NCBI GenBank assembly: GCA_001724265.1
Contig: MEDY01000089.1
Location: 62,001 to 126,000 of the forward strand
DNA length: 64,000 bases
Direction of reading: 5' to 3'
From: Rhizaria sp. SCN 62-66
Taxonomy: Eukaryota
Positions 51,588-63,500 of the stretch are shown here, one piece after another. A program made the position numbers and the translations under genes. The notes beneath the pieces are model-generated. The model saw only the letters and a program-made list of their open reading frames with translations, ran no database searches and was not told the DNA's origin. The first letter of the stretch is position 1; every line of letters begins with the position of its first letter.

Positions 51588-54500
51588 TTAAACTGCTGTC
51601 TCTGCCTCCGCCTCGGCGGCAGCAAGAACGGCTGCCTGCAGTTGCTTCGCTGCCATGGTATGCGTGGATGCAAGGTGAATCAATACGTCCTTTGCGACCA
51701 CTGCCGCTGGGGGCACACAGAACAACCCAAAGCGTGCACATTGTAGACGGCTGAAACTGCCATCTGCCAAGAGACAGGCTGGACTGGGAGCACTGCCCGA
51801 TAGTGAAGCGGCCGCGACGTTTGCGAGAGCGGGAATGAGAGTGCCCGGCCTGAGCAGAGACGTGGCGAGCGGCCGTGAGCAGTGGGACAACAGCCTGAAC
51901 AGGCAGAGAGTCGCCAGCGACGCAGTGACACCGCGGGCCTCAACGTTAACGAGACTGCTGGTCCCACCAGCCATCGTAGATTTGCCGTGAGCTGCTGGCG
52001 TGGACAAATAGAGCAGCGAGTCAATAGCCCATTTGTTGTCGGGAAGCAACCAGTCATTCACTGCAACAACACCGATTCCCGCACCAACAGCGCCAAGACC
52101 ACTGTCTGAGCCGGTTGTCACATTACTGCCAGCGCGGCGCGAGGGACAAAGCATCGCAGTCGCGATCGTTAGAACTTCGCCCGCAAGCGCCCACTTATTG
52201 CGTCGCGCGTGCGTCTCCGCTTCTGCCAGCAGCACGCCAAAACTCGTCCCGATGTCCGATTGGCTGGGCGCGGCAGCGGCCGCGGGGTGACTGTGGGCTG
52301 TGGCGGCGGAGTTGATGGCGGGGGCGAGCAGACGCGGGCCCGTGGGAGTCGCAGCAATGACTGTAAGCGACAGCAGTACGGCACGCACATTTGTGGAATA
52401 TTGACTCTTTGAAGCACTGGTCCTGGCTCCAACGGCACGTGACGAGGTGGTGTCTGGTGTGAAAACAGCAGAGGCGAGTGCAACAGGGAACGATGTTTTG
52501 CGGGACAGCATTGCTAACGCCTTCGCATTCGCCGTCATCGTTGCGGCCTTGGAGGCCGGTGAGGATGCTGACTTTGTCGCTGTGAATGCGGCCGTGCGCG
52601 AGTGCTCGAGAACAGTCTCCGTAAGAAGCGATTGTGGGCACACGCGCGACTGTGCGTCGGCAGATGACTGCGTTAAGCTGGCTTCGCAGGAGCTGATCCA
52701 ATGTGAAGAAGTGACGGTCAGATGCTTAGACCGCTTAAGTACCGCATGTGACTGCGATCGCACAGCGTCTTCCCCCGCGTTTGTGATCGGGACTGCAGTA
52801 GTCAAAACTGAGAGCACAACAGCAACGGGAGGCGTCAAGAGTGCAATACTGTCGCTGCCCAGGGCACTACTGCTCACCGTCGTTGTCGTTGTTGTAAGAG
52901 CACTCGTCACAGTCGCTACTGCAAACGCAGCAAGGTCACGTGGCATTGTTCCATGGGGCGCCGTATCAAGCGTCTGAAGTGCAGGATATGAGAATGCCCG
53001 AGAGTACGCTTGAGTCAGCACAAGCCCAGCATCCCTTAATGGCTGTGAGTCGTGTCCCTTCTGGTCACAAGTGAGCAGCGCAAGTAGTGTTGTTGGGAGG
53101 TTGACATTAACGGAACCCTCACTAAACAAGCCGACGCGGCCTGTGTCAGCGATGCCGTGAGTGGTTGGCAGCAAAGGCACGGACAGGGACAACAGGGGCG
53201 CCAACGACGGCGGCGGCGCACACAGCAACGCCTGCATGGCGGTTGTGACCAAAGGCAGGCTGCCATTATTAGACTGCGACTTCGAGTCGGCACTTGCATG
53301 AATCAGGGCCGACATTAGCCACTGTGTCAGCGTGATTGCCGAGCTTTGATGATTGCCAGCGGAGTACTTAGATCGGTCTAAGCGGGGCACCCACGGCGGG
53401 AGCGACAGTGCATAGACTAAGCTTTGCACTGGAGTCGGGAACAGAGTGACCGGAACACAGTACTCACGGTCAGTGGTATCCGTGTCGGGCAAAGGCAGCA
53501 TGGCGGCAGCCTTGGCAGATGCAAAGCGCGCCATAACGGCTGCCACCGCACGCAGCACACTGTACGACAGCAACTGGCCGGGATGGTTGCGTAGGTATGA
53601 AAACAAAGCCCATACAGCAACTGCGGGTCCTGCTACAGTGCCGTCTTTGCCCACAGTCAGGCCACGTGTGTGTGCTAAACACATGTCAGTCATCGCGACC
53701 GCTCCTGTGCCACTTTTTGCGTTGTCCGAACTCAAGCTGATGCTGCGTGCAGGGTTAAAAGCAGTCGCCACGGCGCCAGGGTTGTAGCCCGGCAATAAAG
53801 CGCCGTGTACGTAGCCCGCCTCATCGCTCGCAGTCATATAACCACTCTCAACTAGTGAGGTACTCGTGGAAGCACCTCCATCTGGCACACTGCCCGTACT
53901 CTGGTCGAACGATACGATCGCGGAGTGTTCGGGCTCAGCAAAGTCGCCACTATCAAAATATCCCTGGTTATCAAGATACTCAACAGAACTGCCGTCGTCT
54001 TTGTTGGTGCTAGCCGAATCTTGAGCTTCAGCCTCATCAAAGTCGAGAAAACGAGACTTCTTCAGAATGCCCTTCAACATAGATTGCTTGCTGCTGGCAG
54101 TGTCACGCGAAGACTCGGGGCCCGCGTCTGTGTTCGCCGCCTCAGTGGCGGTCTTCGACCTCCGACTGCGCTTCGAACGACCGTTTGAGTTGTCGCTTGT
54201 TAGATTGTCTGAGTACCCGTCGTGTGGCGCTAAGTACCCCTGAGCAGTCGCAGCCGCAATGACGGCGCCATCGGCGAGTGCAGTGGCGGCAGCAGAAGCG
54301 AGAAAAGGCAAGCATCCATCTTCGGTATCCCCGTCCTGGTTGTGATTGTTGATAGAATCAAACGCAACGCAAAAATCGACAATGCTGGAGGCAACAGTCG
54401 TCATGAGAGTAGCGCCTGCAGCAATCGCGGTCTCGACAATAGGTTGCGTGAGTGTCAGGTTAGAAAATCCTTCTTGGACATCAAAGAAAGCGGCAGCCAC

Positions 54501-57500
54501 GGCAAGATCCTTTGAGCGAACAAAACCGCTGGGTTTAGTGTCTGACGCGGCAGTGTTGCAGCTGTGAAGAGAATGCTTGAGCTGTAGGAGCAGCCAGTCA
54601 GCGACAGCGACGGCTTTGCCGAGCGCACCGACAACAACCTCCTGGGGACTCTGCACATTGACAGCAGCAGCAGCAGCAGCAGCGGTGAGTGAACGCGCGC
54701 CCAGAGCTGGGCACACACGCAGCATCGCCGCAGCGGCGCAGAGCACTGACCGCGCAGCGGCAGCGCGGGCCGTTGTGGTGAACGCCGGTAGCGACGCCAC
54801 AGTTACAGCAACAGGGTCGGCAGAACCGCCATCTGTAGCAGTCTCATGGTGTTCTTCCGTCGTGGGTGATTGTTGAGGCGTTGAGAGCAACAACAACAGC
54901 GTGCGTGCAATGGTCATCGCAATGGGGCTCGGACTCGTATCAACGCTGTTGCGAGTGTTATGAGACGACTCGGCATTGACACAATCGCTAGAGCTAAAAT
55001 TCATCGAGAGCGGCAGCAAGACACCGATATCAAGGCAACTCTTAGTGATCTGCGCACAACACGAGAGGACAGTCAGCGCATACTCGTGATCACAGCCACT
55101 GCTCTGCTGCTCCAGACAAGAGAGGGCGACTGGGGCGAATGAGAGAATGTTGGTGATCGTCGCAGCGGGCAGTGGCAGCGCAACAGGCACGGCAACAGGA
55201 GAGCCACCGGCACCAAACTCGCGTTGCTGTTGATCCTGCGATATACCCAATGTCGCAACTGCGAGAGACGCGGTCGCCGCCATCGACCTCACGAACCAGT
55301 TAGATCCGTCTGGCCGGGACTTTGACTCGGCGGCGAGCTGTGACGACACAATCGCGAGCAGCGCTGGCACAGAGTGCGCCAGTTTCGTGACGACACCAGA
55401 GACGTGGGCCGACTCAGCGTCGGACAGGGCCGCGATCAATTCGCCAACAATGCTATCGCTCATAGTAGTGCCAACTTGGTCTGCCGCATTGGCATTACCG
55501 GCAGCATTCCCGTTGAGCATTGCCAAGTCATCGCCGTCTGTGTTCGTGACAGTGTACTTAGAGTTAGCAGAGCCACTTGAGCATAGATCGGACTCGGTCT
55601 TCGTTGCGGCAGCAATCTCTTTGGTGAATGAGCTTACAGTTGTCAACAATGCGCACACCGACTCTAACAGCACGCAAAGCAGCTCACTAACATCTCCGCC
55701 CGCGGCTAGCGTGGCCATGCCCGAGGCTGCGGCAGCGGCGGACGCGACGACTGTCGCGAGCAGCTCGGGCTGCGTCGCAAGCGTGCGCAGCAGCAGACGC
55801 GGCGACCGCAGCGCGGCCGCGAGCGCGCGCCACGCGCGCAGCTGCGTGCGCGAGTGCGGGTGCGCGAGGTAGTGCAACAGCCAGCCCAGTCCGGCGTTGC
55901 CGCTCGCGTTGACTCGAGCTGGGTTAGCGCTGGTGTCGGGTTTGAACGGCAATGCGAGAGCGTCTAGCGACGACGCGTGTGACTGTGGGCGGTCAAGCGC
56001 TCGGGGGATCGCCGTGGACAAGAATGCGAGTGCTTCGTTGATGAAGTCGAGGTGCTCCATGTGAGGCTCCCGTGAGTGAACGGCCATGCTGTCAACGACT
56101 TGCATCATCATCGCGTCACTTTTCCTCTGGCCGGTGATGTCACCCTTAGACGGGGTAAGTGCCTGGTCGGTCCGGCTGAACTGCGGCGGCGCAAGATATG
56201 CGAGAACCCGCGGCAAGACAGAAAAAACTTGGCGGCTTACAAGGCCGTCGGCAAACATCGCATCATCATCAAAGTTGGCTCCAGTTGCGCAGGACAAACC
56301 AAGCAAACGGGCGGTCAGAGCAAGGCGCAGCATGAGTGAGCCGGGACCAGATGTTGCAGCGACAGCATTCGCAGTAGCAGAAGCAGGGGCTGTAAGTGTG
56401 GGTTGCGTCGCCGTTACAGTTGTTGCAGCACTGCTGCTGCTGTCGCGTGTCCGGACCAGCAGCCGTTGCTGGGGCGGTTGAGGCGTGCTATGCATCGTGA
56501 GCAGATTGTGCTGCTGGAGGATAAGATTTGGTGACACGAGACTAGCGTAGTTGCGAGCGTCGTTGTAGTCAATATCATGATACACACTCCGCTCACTGTA
56601 ATGTTGAGTCGCCAAGGCGCCTGCGCTCACGACAGAGCTGTTGTTGTGGCCACTGTTGTCGGTGATAGCATTGTTAGCCTGAGTGACGACACGAAACTTG
56701 GCCGGGGTACGGACACCGTGCTCGTGAGAGTGATAAACAATGCTTTGAGTGCTCGGTGACTGGGTTGGCTCAGGGTTCACAGGGGTCGTGTTGTGACTCG
56801 TCGTTGTGAGCGAGCCCAAGAGTGCCGCGTTATAGCCAATATCAAACAAGTTAACCGGCCTCTCATGATGGGGCTGTTGTTGATGCTGCTGCTGCTGCTG
56901 CTGCTGCTGCAAAGGGTGGTTTATGTTAGTGTTGTGGTGGTGGAGCGGCGAGCGTGAGCGCAGCGCAGCAAGCACACTCTTGAGCGCGGTGACGGTGAGC
57001 AGCGCAAGGTCCGTCGGCACAAGCTGCACTTCATTCATATGACTCGCATCAGAAGAGGCAATGCTAGAGGCAGAAAGTGGGTTGGCGGCCGCATGGTGTG
57101 AGTGCAATGGTGCAACTAGGGGCTTCACTAATACAAACCGGCTCACAGCGTCATGCACCGTGCTCCCGTCCGCTCCTGCAGTGCAAATCACACTCTCCTC
57201 GACGCCAACAGCCACACCCACGTCGACAACATCGGCAACATGAGATACGCCGGTGGAAGACGCAGTCTCCACACCCCCACGCCTGCTCTTAACAGCTGCT
57301 GCGAGAGATGTAGGATGCGCGCACCGAGTCAGCTGTCGCTGCCGTTGGCGCACTAGCTGCAGCCACACCGTTGCCAGCAGCACCACAAGCGGCGTCAGCG
57401 GTTTGAGCTCGTGATGCGTGTCAGCATTCACACTGGCGCCAACAAGGGCTCTGCGCACCGCCGCGGCGGCCGTCACCGCAACAGCAGCAGCAGCCGTTGC

Positions 57501-60500
57501 CCGCGTCAGAGCCTCCGCCCAAGCCCCTGTTGAGGCCCCCGTGTCGGTCGCGGTCGCGGCGCTCATGAGCCCACTAGCGAGCCACTGGGCGGTGCCGGCG
57601 AGAGGGTACCCCGCGCCGAGGAAAGTCAGGCCGCGCGGGAGAAAACTTAAGCCGTGGCTTTTCAGCGCATGGCGAGGGGCTGGGGTGTTCATCGTGTTTG
57701 TCGCATCGTCCAAGCAGCATGATGTTGTAAGTAAAAGTGCTGTTTCGTTGCCGGTTGTGTGAAGGATCGCGTCGGCAGCAGACACCGGAGGCAAAGTCAT
57801 CGTACGCAATAAACAAGGTGGCAATAGCACCGATGATGATGTTGCCGTCGTTGCAGACGCTGTGGGGGTAAGGAGTGGTGAGAAAAACAAGGCCGGCGAT
57901 AAAAACAGTGCAGAATCACCACATTCGCGACCGTGAGTACCTGCACCGCCACACCACCATGATAGCTGCGGCGGTAAAGGCAACAAACTGGCGACATCGA
58001 CGCCCGCGCTGCTGGATGTTCCCGTCGCTGTGGTTGCATTGACAGTTAAGGAGACAGCCTGACTCGAAAGCACCGCGTTATGCCTCAGCATTTGCGCGCG
58101 CAGCGAGCTCGACCACGGCCAAAGACGCTTGCGCAGGGCTGCCTCATGCAGCAAGTTAAGCTGCGAAGGGAACAAATTTAGTTTGTCAAGATAACCATCG
58201 TCTTGTTGTTTTTGCATTGCGCAAAGCGCAGTTTGCGCTGGCGTGACTAACGAGGTGAGCGGCAGAGCTAACGGAGGCAAGCACGCATGCGACAGCAAGT
58301 GCGAGTGTGAGCGTGCCTGTAACTGTGACTGTAAGTGGGGCACGGCCAACGCGGACGACAGCGAGCACGCGTACGGCGCAACCATCGGCCGCCACTGCTG
58401 AGCCGCCATGTCGAGCCACGTCGCGGCCCGCAGCCGCGCGAGCGCACCGTAGTAGCTCACGTGTGACGTTGCCGCGGACAGAGCAGACAAGGCCGGAGCA
58501 GTTCCGAAAAATGCCGCACCGGGAAACGCTCGACTCTGGCTCGTAGGTGAGAAAGATACGGAGGCCGCAGCGGCGGGGACAGCCGCGGCGCGTTCTGCCA
58601 AGAGACTGCAGGCTAGGGTAACAGCATCAGGAGATGCTGTGTACGTTGTAGTTGTAGCAGCGCGTGGGGAGTTGAGAGAGGTCATCACTGTCGACTTGGC
58701 TCCCGTTATTGTCGTTGTTGCGTGAGCAGTAAGTGGCAACGTAAGAGGGGTGACTGTGAGCCAGGGGATGACGTACACGGTCGGCGCTGGCAAGATATAA
58801 GTGCCTCTAAGACTCTCGGGCAAAACGATGTAAGGGGGCTGCCCCGCGAGAACCACGTAGTTCTTCGCGCCCGCCCTGCCGTGAGCGTTGACTGCAGAAA
58901 GATCAGCCGCTGTCTGTGTCTCGGACTCTGGAGCGCTATTTGTGTCGACAGCCACAGAAAGGGCGCGCAACGTAGCAACAGTGTGGTGACCGACCCCCGG
59001 CCAGGGCAAGATTAACTTGCTACTCGCAATGAAAGTAACAAAGCTCGTATCGTGAGGATCGCTGTCTACATCAGCAGTTGTAGGAAGGGTTGAGCTCAAG
59101 TGGCTGCTGATCTGACAGTCGCTGGAACGTGGCAGCAAAAGAGATAGCGGTGCAAAGCCAATAAGCGCTAGCAGCCGCAGCGCCGCCGCACGCACAGCGG
59201 GCCTGGGGTGGTAGAGATACGCAGCTGTCGCGCGCGTCAGGGCGAGATCTGACAGCAAAGCGCCAGATCGACTCGTCGACTGTTCGCTATCCCCGTTGTC
59301 TAGGCTGCTGTTACGGTACTGGTGGTAGTGGTAGCACAGCAAAGTGACCGTGAGCTGGCACCGCGCGCTTAGCGGCGGCAGCAGCAGCGCAGAGTGGCTG
59401 CGCGCATCGCTAGCGTGGCTCTGCGTTGCGGGCACAGCGGCCGCTACCAGCAGCGTCGGCGCGTGCAGGAGCGCGCGCGTAAGCACGGTGGCTTCGTGGC
59501 CGGCGGCTGCGGCGGGGTGCGCGGCCAGCCACGCGTGCTGCGCCAGCAGCGAGACGAGCCGGGCGAGCGCCGCGTCCGCAGCGGAGAACACGGTGGAGTC
59601 ACGGTCGTCGGCGGCGGTGGACGCGGTCGCGAGGGCCGAGATTGAGTGAAAATGACCGGTCAGTGTGGCGACCTCGGCGCAAAACTGCTCCACTACCGCG
59701 TCTTGATCAATCGTAGTGCTCCTGTCAGAGGAGAGATGCCGTTCGTGTTGCTTTAATTGCAAAGAGGCAGTTGCGATCGCGACGTCCATCGCAGCTCCAG
59801 CAGCGGCATAGGGAACCTGTACGTTAATATAAGGGCTGCCTTCACGGGTCGCATCAGCAGCGTGAGTGTCGTGCTCGAATACACCCCCCAGAGGATCGGC
59901 AACAGGGGGACTCTCACTCAGCTGCAGTGTTTGATCTTGCTCGTGGTGGGTAAAGCTGGAGCCCGGATCGTTAAGAGCATACGAGTGCGCTTTCTGGAGT
60001 GCGTTCGAGTGCGATAACCTGCGCCACAGCTCGGCCGCAGCCTCAATACGACTGTGAGCAGCCCGGCTGCAGCAGCGACGCAGCAGCAGCCGCAGCGACG
60101 ACATGTCACTGCGGGCGAGAGACACAGCCGCGCGGTCAAGGACGAGCGTGATTTCCCGATTTGCGCTATTGGCCGATGTCGCAATGACCGAGCTAGGGCT
60201 TTCGCAGTTAGTGTTGTTGGTGACTGTAGCGCCAGTGGCGATCCAGGGACAACCCAGCTCAGTGGCCAGCAACGCCGCGGCCGCAGCGCCCGCGCCGCCG
60301 ACGGCGACACCGCTCATTACGCTGCGAGTGGGATTGAACAAGCGGACTAGGGGCGCCGTCGGGGCCAATGATGCTGCCAGCGTGGCAACTGCGGGCACAC
60401 TGTGCGCGCCACTGCGAATCACAGCAGCGTCCGCAGCGGAGGCTATAGCGGCGCCAGTGTCGGTGGCGCTGCCGCCGTTCTTACCATCGTTGATCTGAGC

Positions 60501-63500
60501 ACTGCCGATGACGGCAAACACAGGCACCGCCAGTGCAGGCAGCACTGACATCAGCGTCCGAATCAGCCGGCACGCGGCTGCACTTTGACCGGTAGTAGCA
60601 TAATCCTCCTTATTGCTCTCAAATTGCAACAGCTTCAGTGCGAGCAGCGTTGCGGGTTCCACACTTGTCGCATTGACGGAGGCGTTCTTGGGAACAGTCC
60701 ACAGCAGGGTGAGCAGGAATGACAGCGGGCCACCAAGCTCCGCAGGCAGCAGGGCCACAAGACTCTCCAGATCGCACACGCGCGCTGGCCCTTGAGGGAG
60801 CGCTTCCGAGGAAGCGTTGAGATCTGTCAGCAAAGCATCAAGATACCAAGACTTAACCCGGCTCCTATTCTTTTTAGCATGTGCACCGTCTACGTGTCCC
60901 ATTGCCTGAGTAAGAACGTCCCTCATCGCAAGATTCACAAGCAGCGCAGCCGCAGCAGCAGGAGTGTTGCCAAGGGTCCGCAAGACTCCAACCACGAGCA
61001 GCAGCTCTTCGTCCACAGACACGCTATCCGCCGTCGCGGTGCCAAGAGAACAAGAACTAACAGAGACCCTTGCGCCTGCAACGTCAGACGCAACCCCCTT
61101 GGCGGTGACCGCGAGCAGACTGGCGCCCACGCCGCGGTCCGCGAGCGCGCCCCAGCAGCCCGCAACCTCGGCCGCGGCCGCGGCGACGCGGTCCAGCACC
61201 CGCGCCTGCAGCGGCGGCGGCGCGGGCGCGCTGAGACAGAGCGCCCACAGCGCGGCGGCGGCGGTGCGCGGGCCGGGCGCGAGCGCGGACGAAAGGGAGA
61301 GGCGCAGCGCGGGGGGCAGTGGCAGGCACGGGGGCGCGGTAACGTCAGAGTCGGCGCGTGCGGCGCTGTGGGAGTGCGAGAGAAGAGCTAATGTGGCTGC
61401 GGCAAGCTCTTTCTGCTGTTGCGAACGACTGAGCTGTCGCTGCCGTTTAGCATCAACAGCAGAAGCAGCTGGTGCTGCGCTGCCGCTGCTGATGTCACCA
61501 TCGGGAGCGTCAGTAGAGGCGGAGCTGACGAGCTCGGTCGCCCACGAGATGCGCGGCTTGCCGCGCACCGCGCTCGCGGGACTGTGGGCAGGAGAGGTCA
61601 GCCGGCTGTGGGCAGGAGAGGTCGGGCTGCGAGCCTCGGTGCCGACTGCGACCACATCATTCACAGGTGCTGCATGAGCAACGCCGTTGTTATCGTCTGT
61701 TGTGTCCATTCCATGAGTGGTTGTGAGGAGTTGATAGGCGACTGTCGCGGTTCCAGATGCCCACGCTTCCCATTCGTCAGCAAAGCTCATGCTGGCATTG
61801 GCTTCATCACTAGGAGCGTCATCACTGTCAACATCAGAATCTGAGTCAGAATCGACGCCGTCTGGCAGCTGAGTCTGCGAGTCTGAGCCCGGCTGCCGCT
61901 GTGACGAGGAGAGCCAGAGCTTTTTGCCGATCGCCGAGAGCACCCGCACTGCGTGCGACAGCAGCACATCGCCCAGTTTTGAGGATGCATTGGTGCCGTC
62001 ACTTTCGTCCGGGGCGCTGGCGCTGCCATCGGCAACGCGGCTGTAGTGCGAGTGAGAGTAGCCGACGAGGGCGGTCGCAACTGTGAGCGCAAGCTCCGGC
62101 AGCGCCAGCCGGGACGCCAGCGCGGATCGTTCAAGCCAGTGCCGGCGCTGCCCACAGTCGCTCTTGGAACCACCTGGAGTCTCGCCCTCGCTCTGAGTCT
62201 GGCTCAGAAAGCGGTCGAGTGCCTGCTGCTCCCGGCGACGCCTCGCTGCCGCGGCGGCCGCGTTGGCGGTGTAAGTGTCCAGCAGCTCGGGCGTTGCGTG
62301 GGCTATGTAGATCAGCAGCGCGATCATGTCCGCAGCGTACAGATCGGTCAGCGTTTGCTCCAAAGTCAGGGTCTTGCTAGGAGCAAGAGCAGCAGCAGTA
62401 GACACTCCTGCTAAAGCGGGTAGTCTAGCCGCTAATGTTACTGCGGCAGAAGTTCGCGCGGCCTTCGAGTAAAGCACGCGGGGACAAGGGTGTGAGCCTC
62501 CGATAAAGCTAAGCACGAATGATAGCATCAATCGCGAGTGCCCACGGTCGGGCGAACCGAAGAGGTACAGCTGAGAAGGGTCTTCTTTGCAGCCGTTATT
62601 GAGAAGCTGCGCAACGATTGACGTCAAGCACTCTTGGTGACAAGTAGTTTGGGATTGTGACTGTGCCAATTCTTGGGCCAGAGAAAGAACCCCGAGCGTA
62701 TCCCACTTGCAAATCGACAACGCAGCGCTACAGGCACTAAAATTTGCGTTCTTAGAGCCGTTCTTGGAAACACTCGTGTCAACGTTTGCAATCACAAGTG
62801 TTGGTAGCAATAACGCGTGATACAGCAAAAATCCCGCCTCGGTCACAGCACGACTAATGTGAGTGTTTGTGATTGTGTTGTCGGTAGGGCTGTTGCGGGT
62901 CGGAGTGAACACGCACAGCACGCTTGGCGGCAGCGGCCGCTCACTGAGCAGCGCTCCTGCCATTGTCTCCGCAGCACTCCTCATCGCGCTCAGGCGAGGC
63001 TGGCGACTTAGACGTGTCAGGGCGCTCACGCTGTAGAGAGCGCTGACCCGCGCGCGGGCGCTCTGATAGCCCTTAGTAACCGTGAGCAGCAGTGTCAGCA
63101 GCGGCAACACGATTGACGGCGGCGGTGACGGCGACGGTGACGACGTCGACGACGATGATGACGAGTGAGACGATGACAGCGCCAGCAACCGATCAGCAGC
63201 GGCGACAGGCGGCAATACAGGAATCTGTGCCAACGGCTGCTGCTGCTGAAAAGCATATGACTGCGCGCAGAGCGAGTCGGTGAGGAGTGAGCTGAACAGG
63301 GGTAGATATGCCGCGTAAAGAGGATCTAAGTACCTCGTAACCACGTCATGTAAGTACCCTTGATCTAGATAGGGCTGGATAAAGTCCCCGCCCTTCGCCA
63401 CAAGCGTCTCTGGGAGTGTGAAGATGAACGGGACAACGCGCAGCAGCAACGGTAGAAACACGGCAAACACGTTGACATTCATAGCAGAACGACTGTTCCC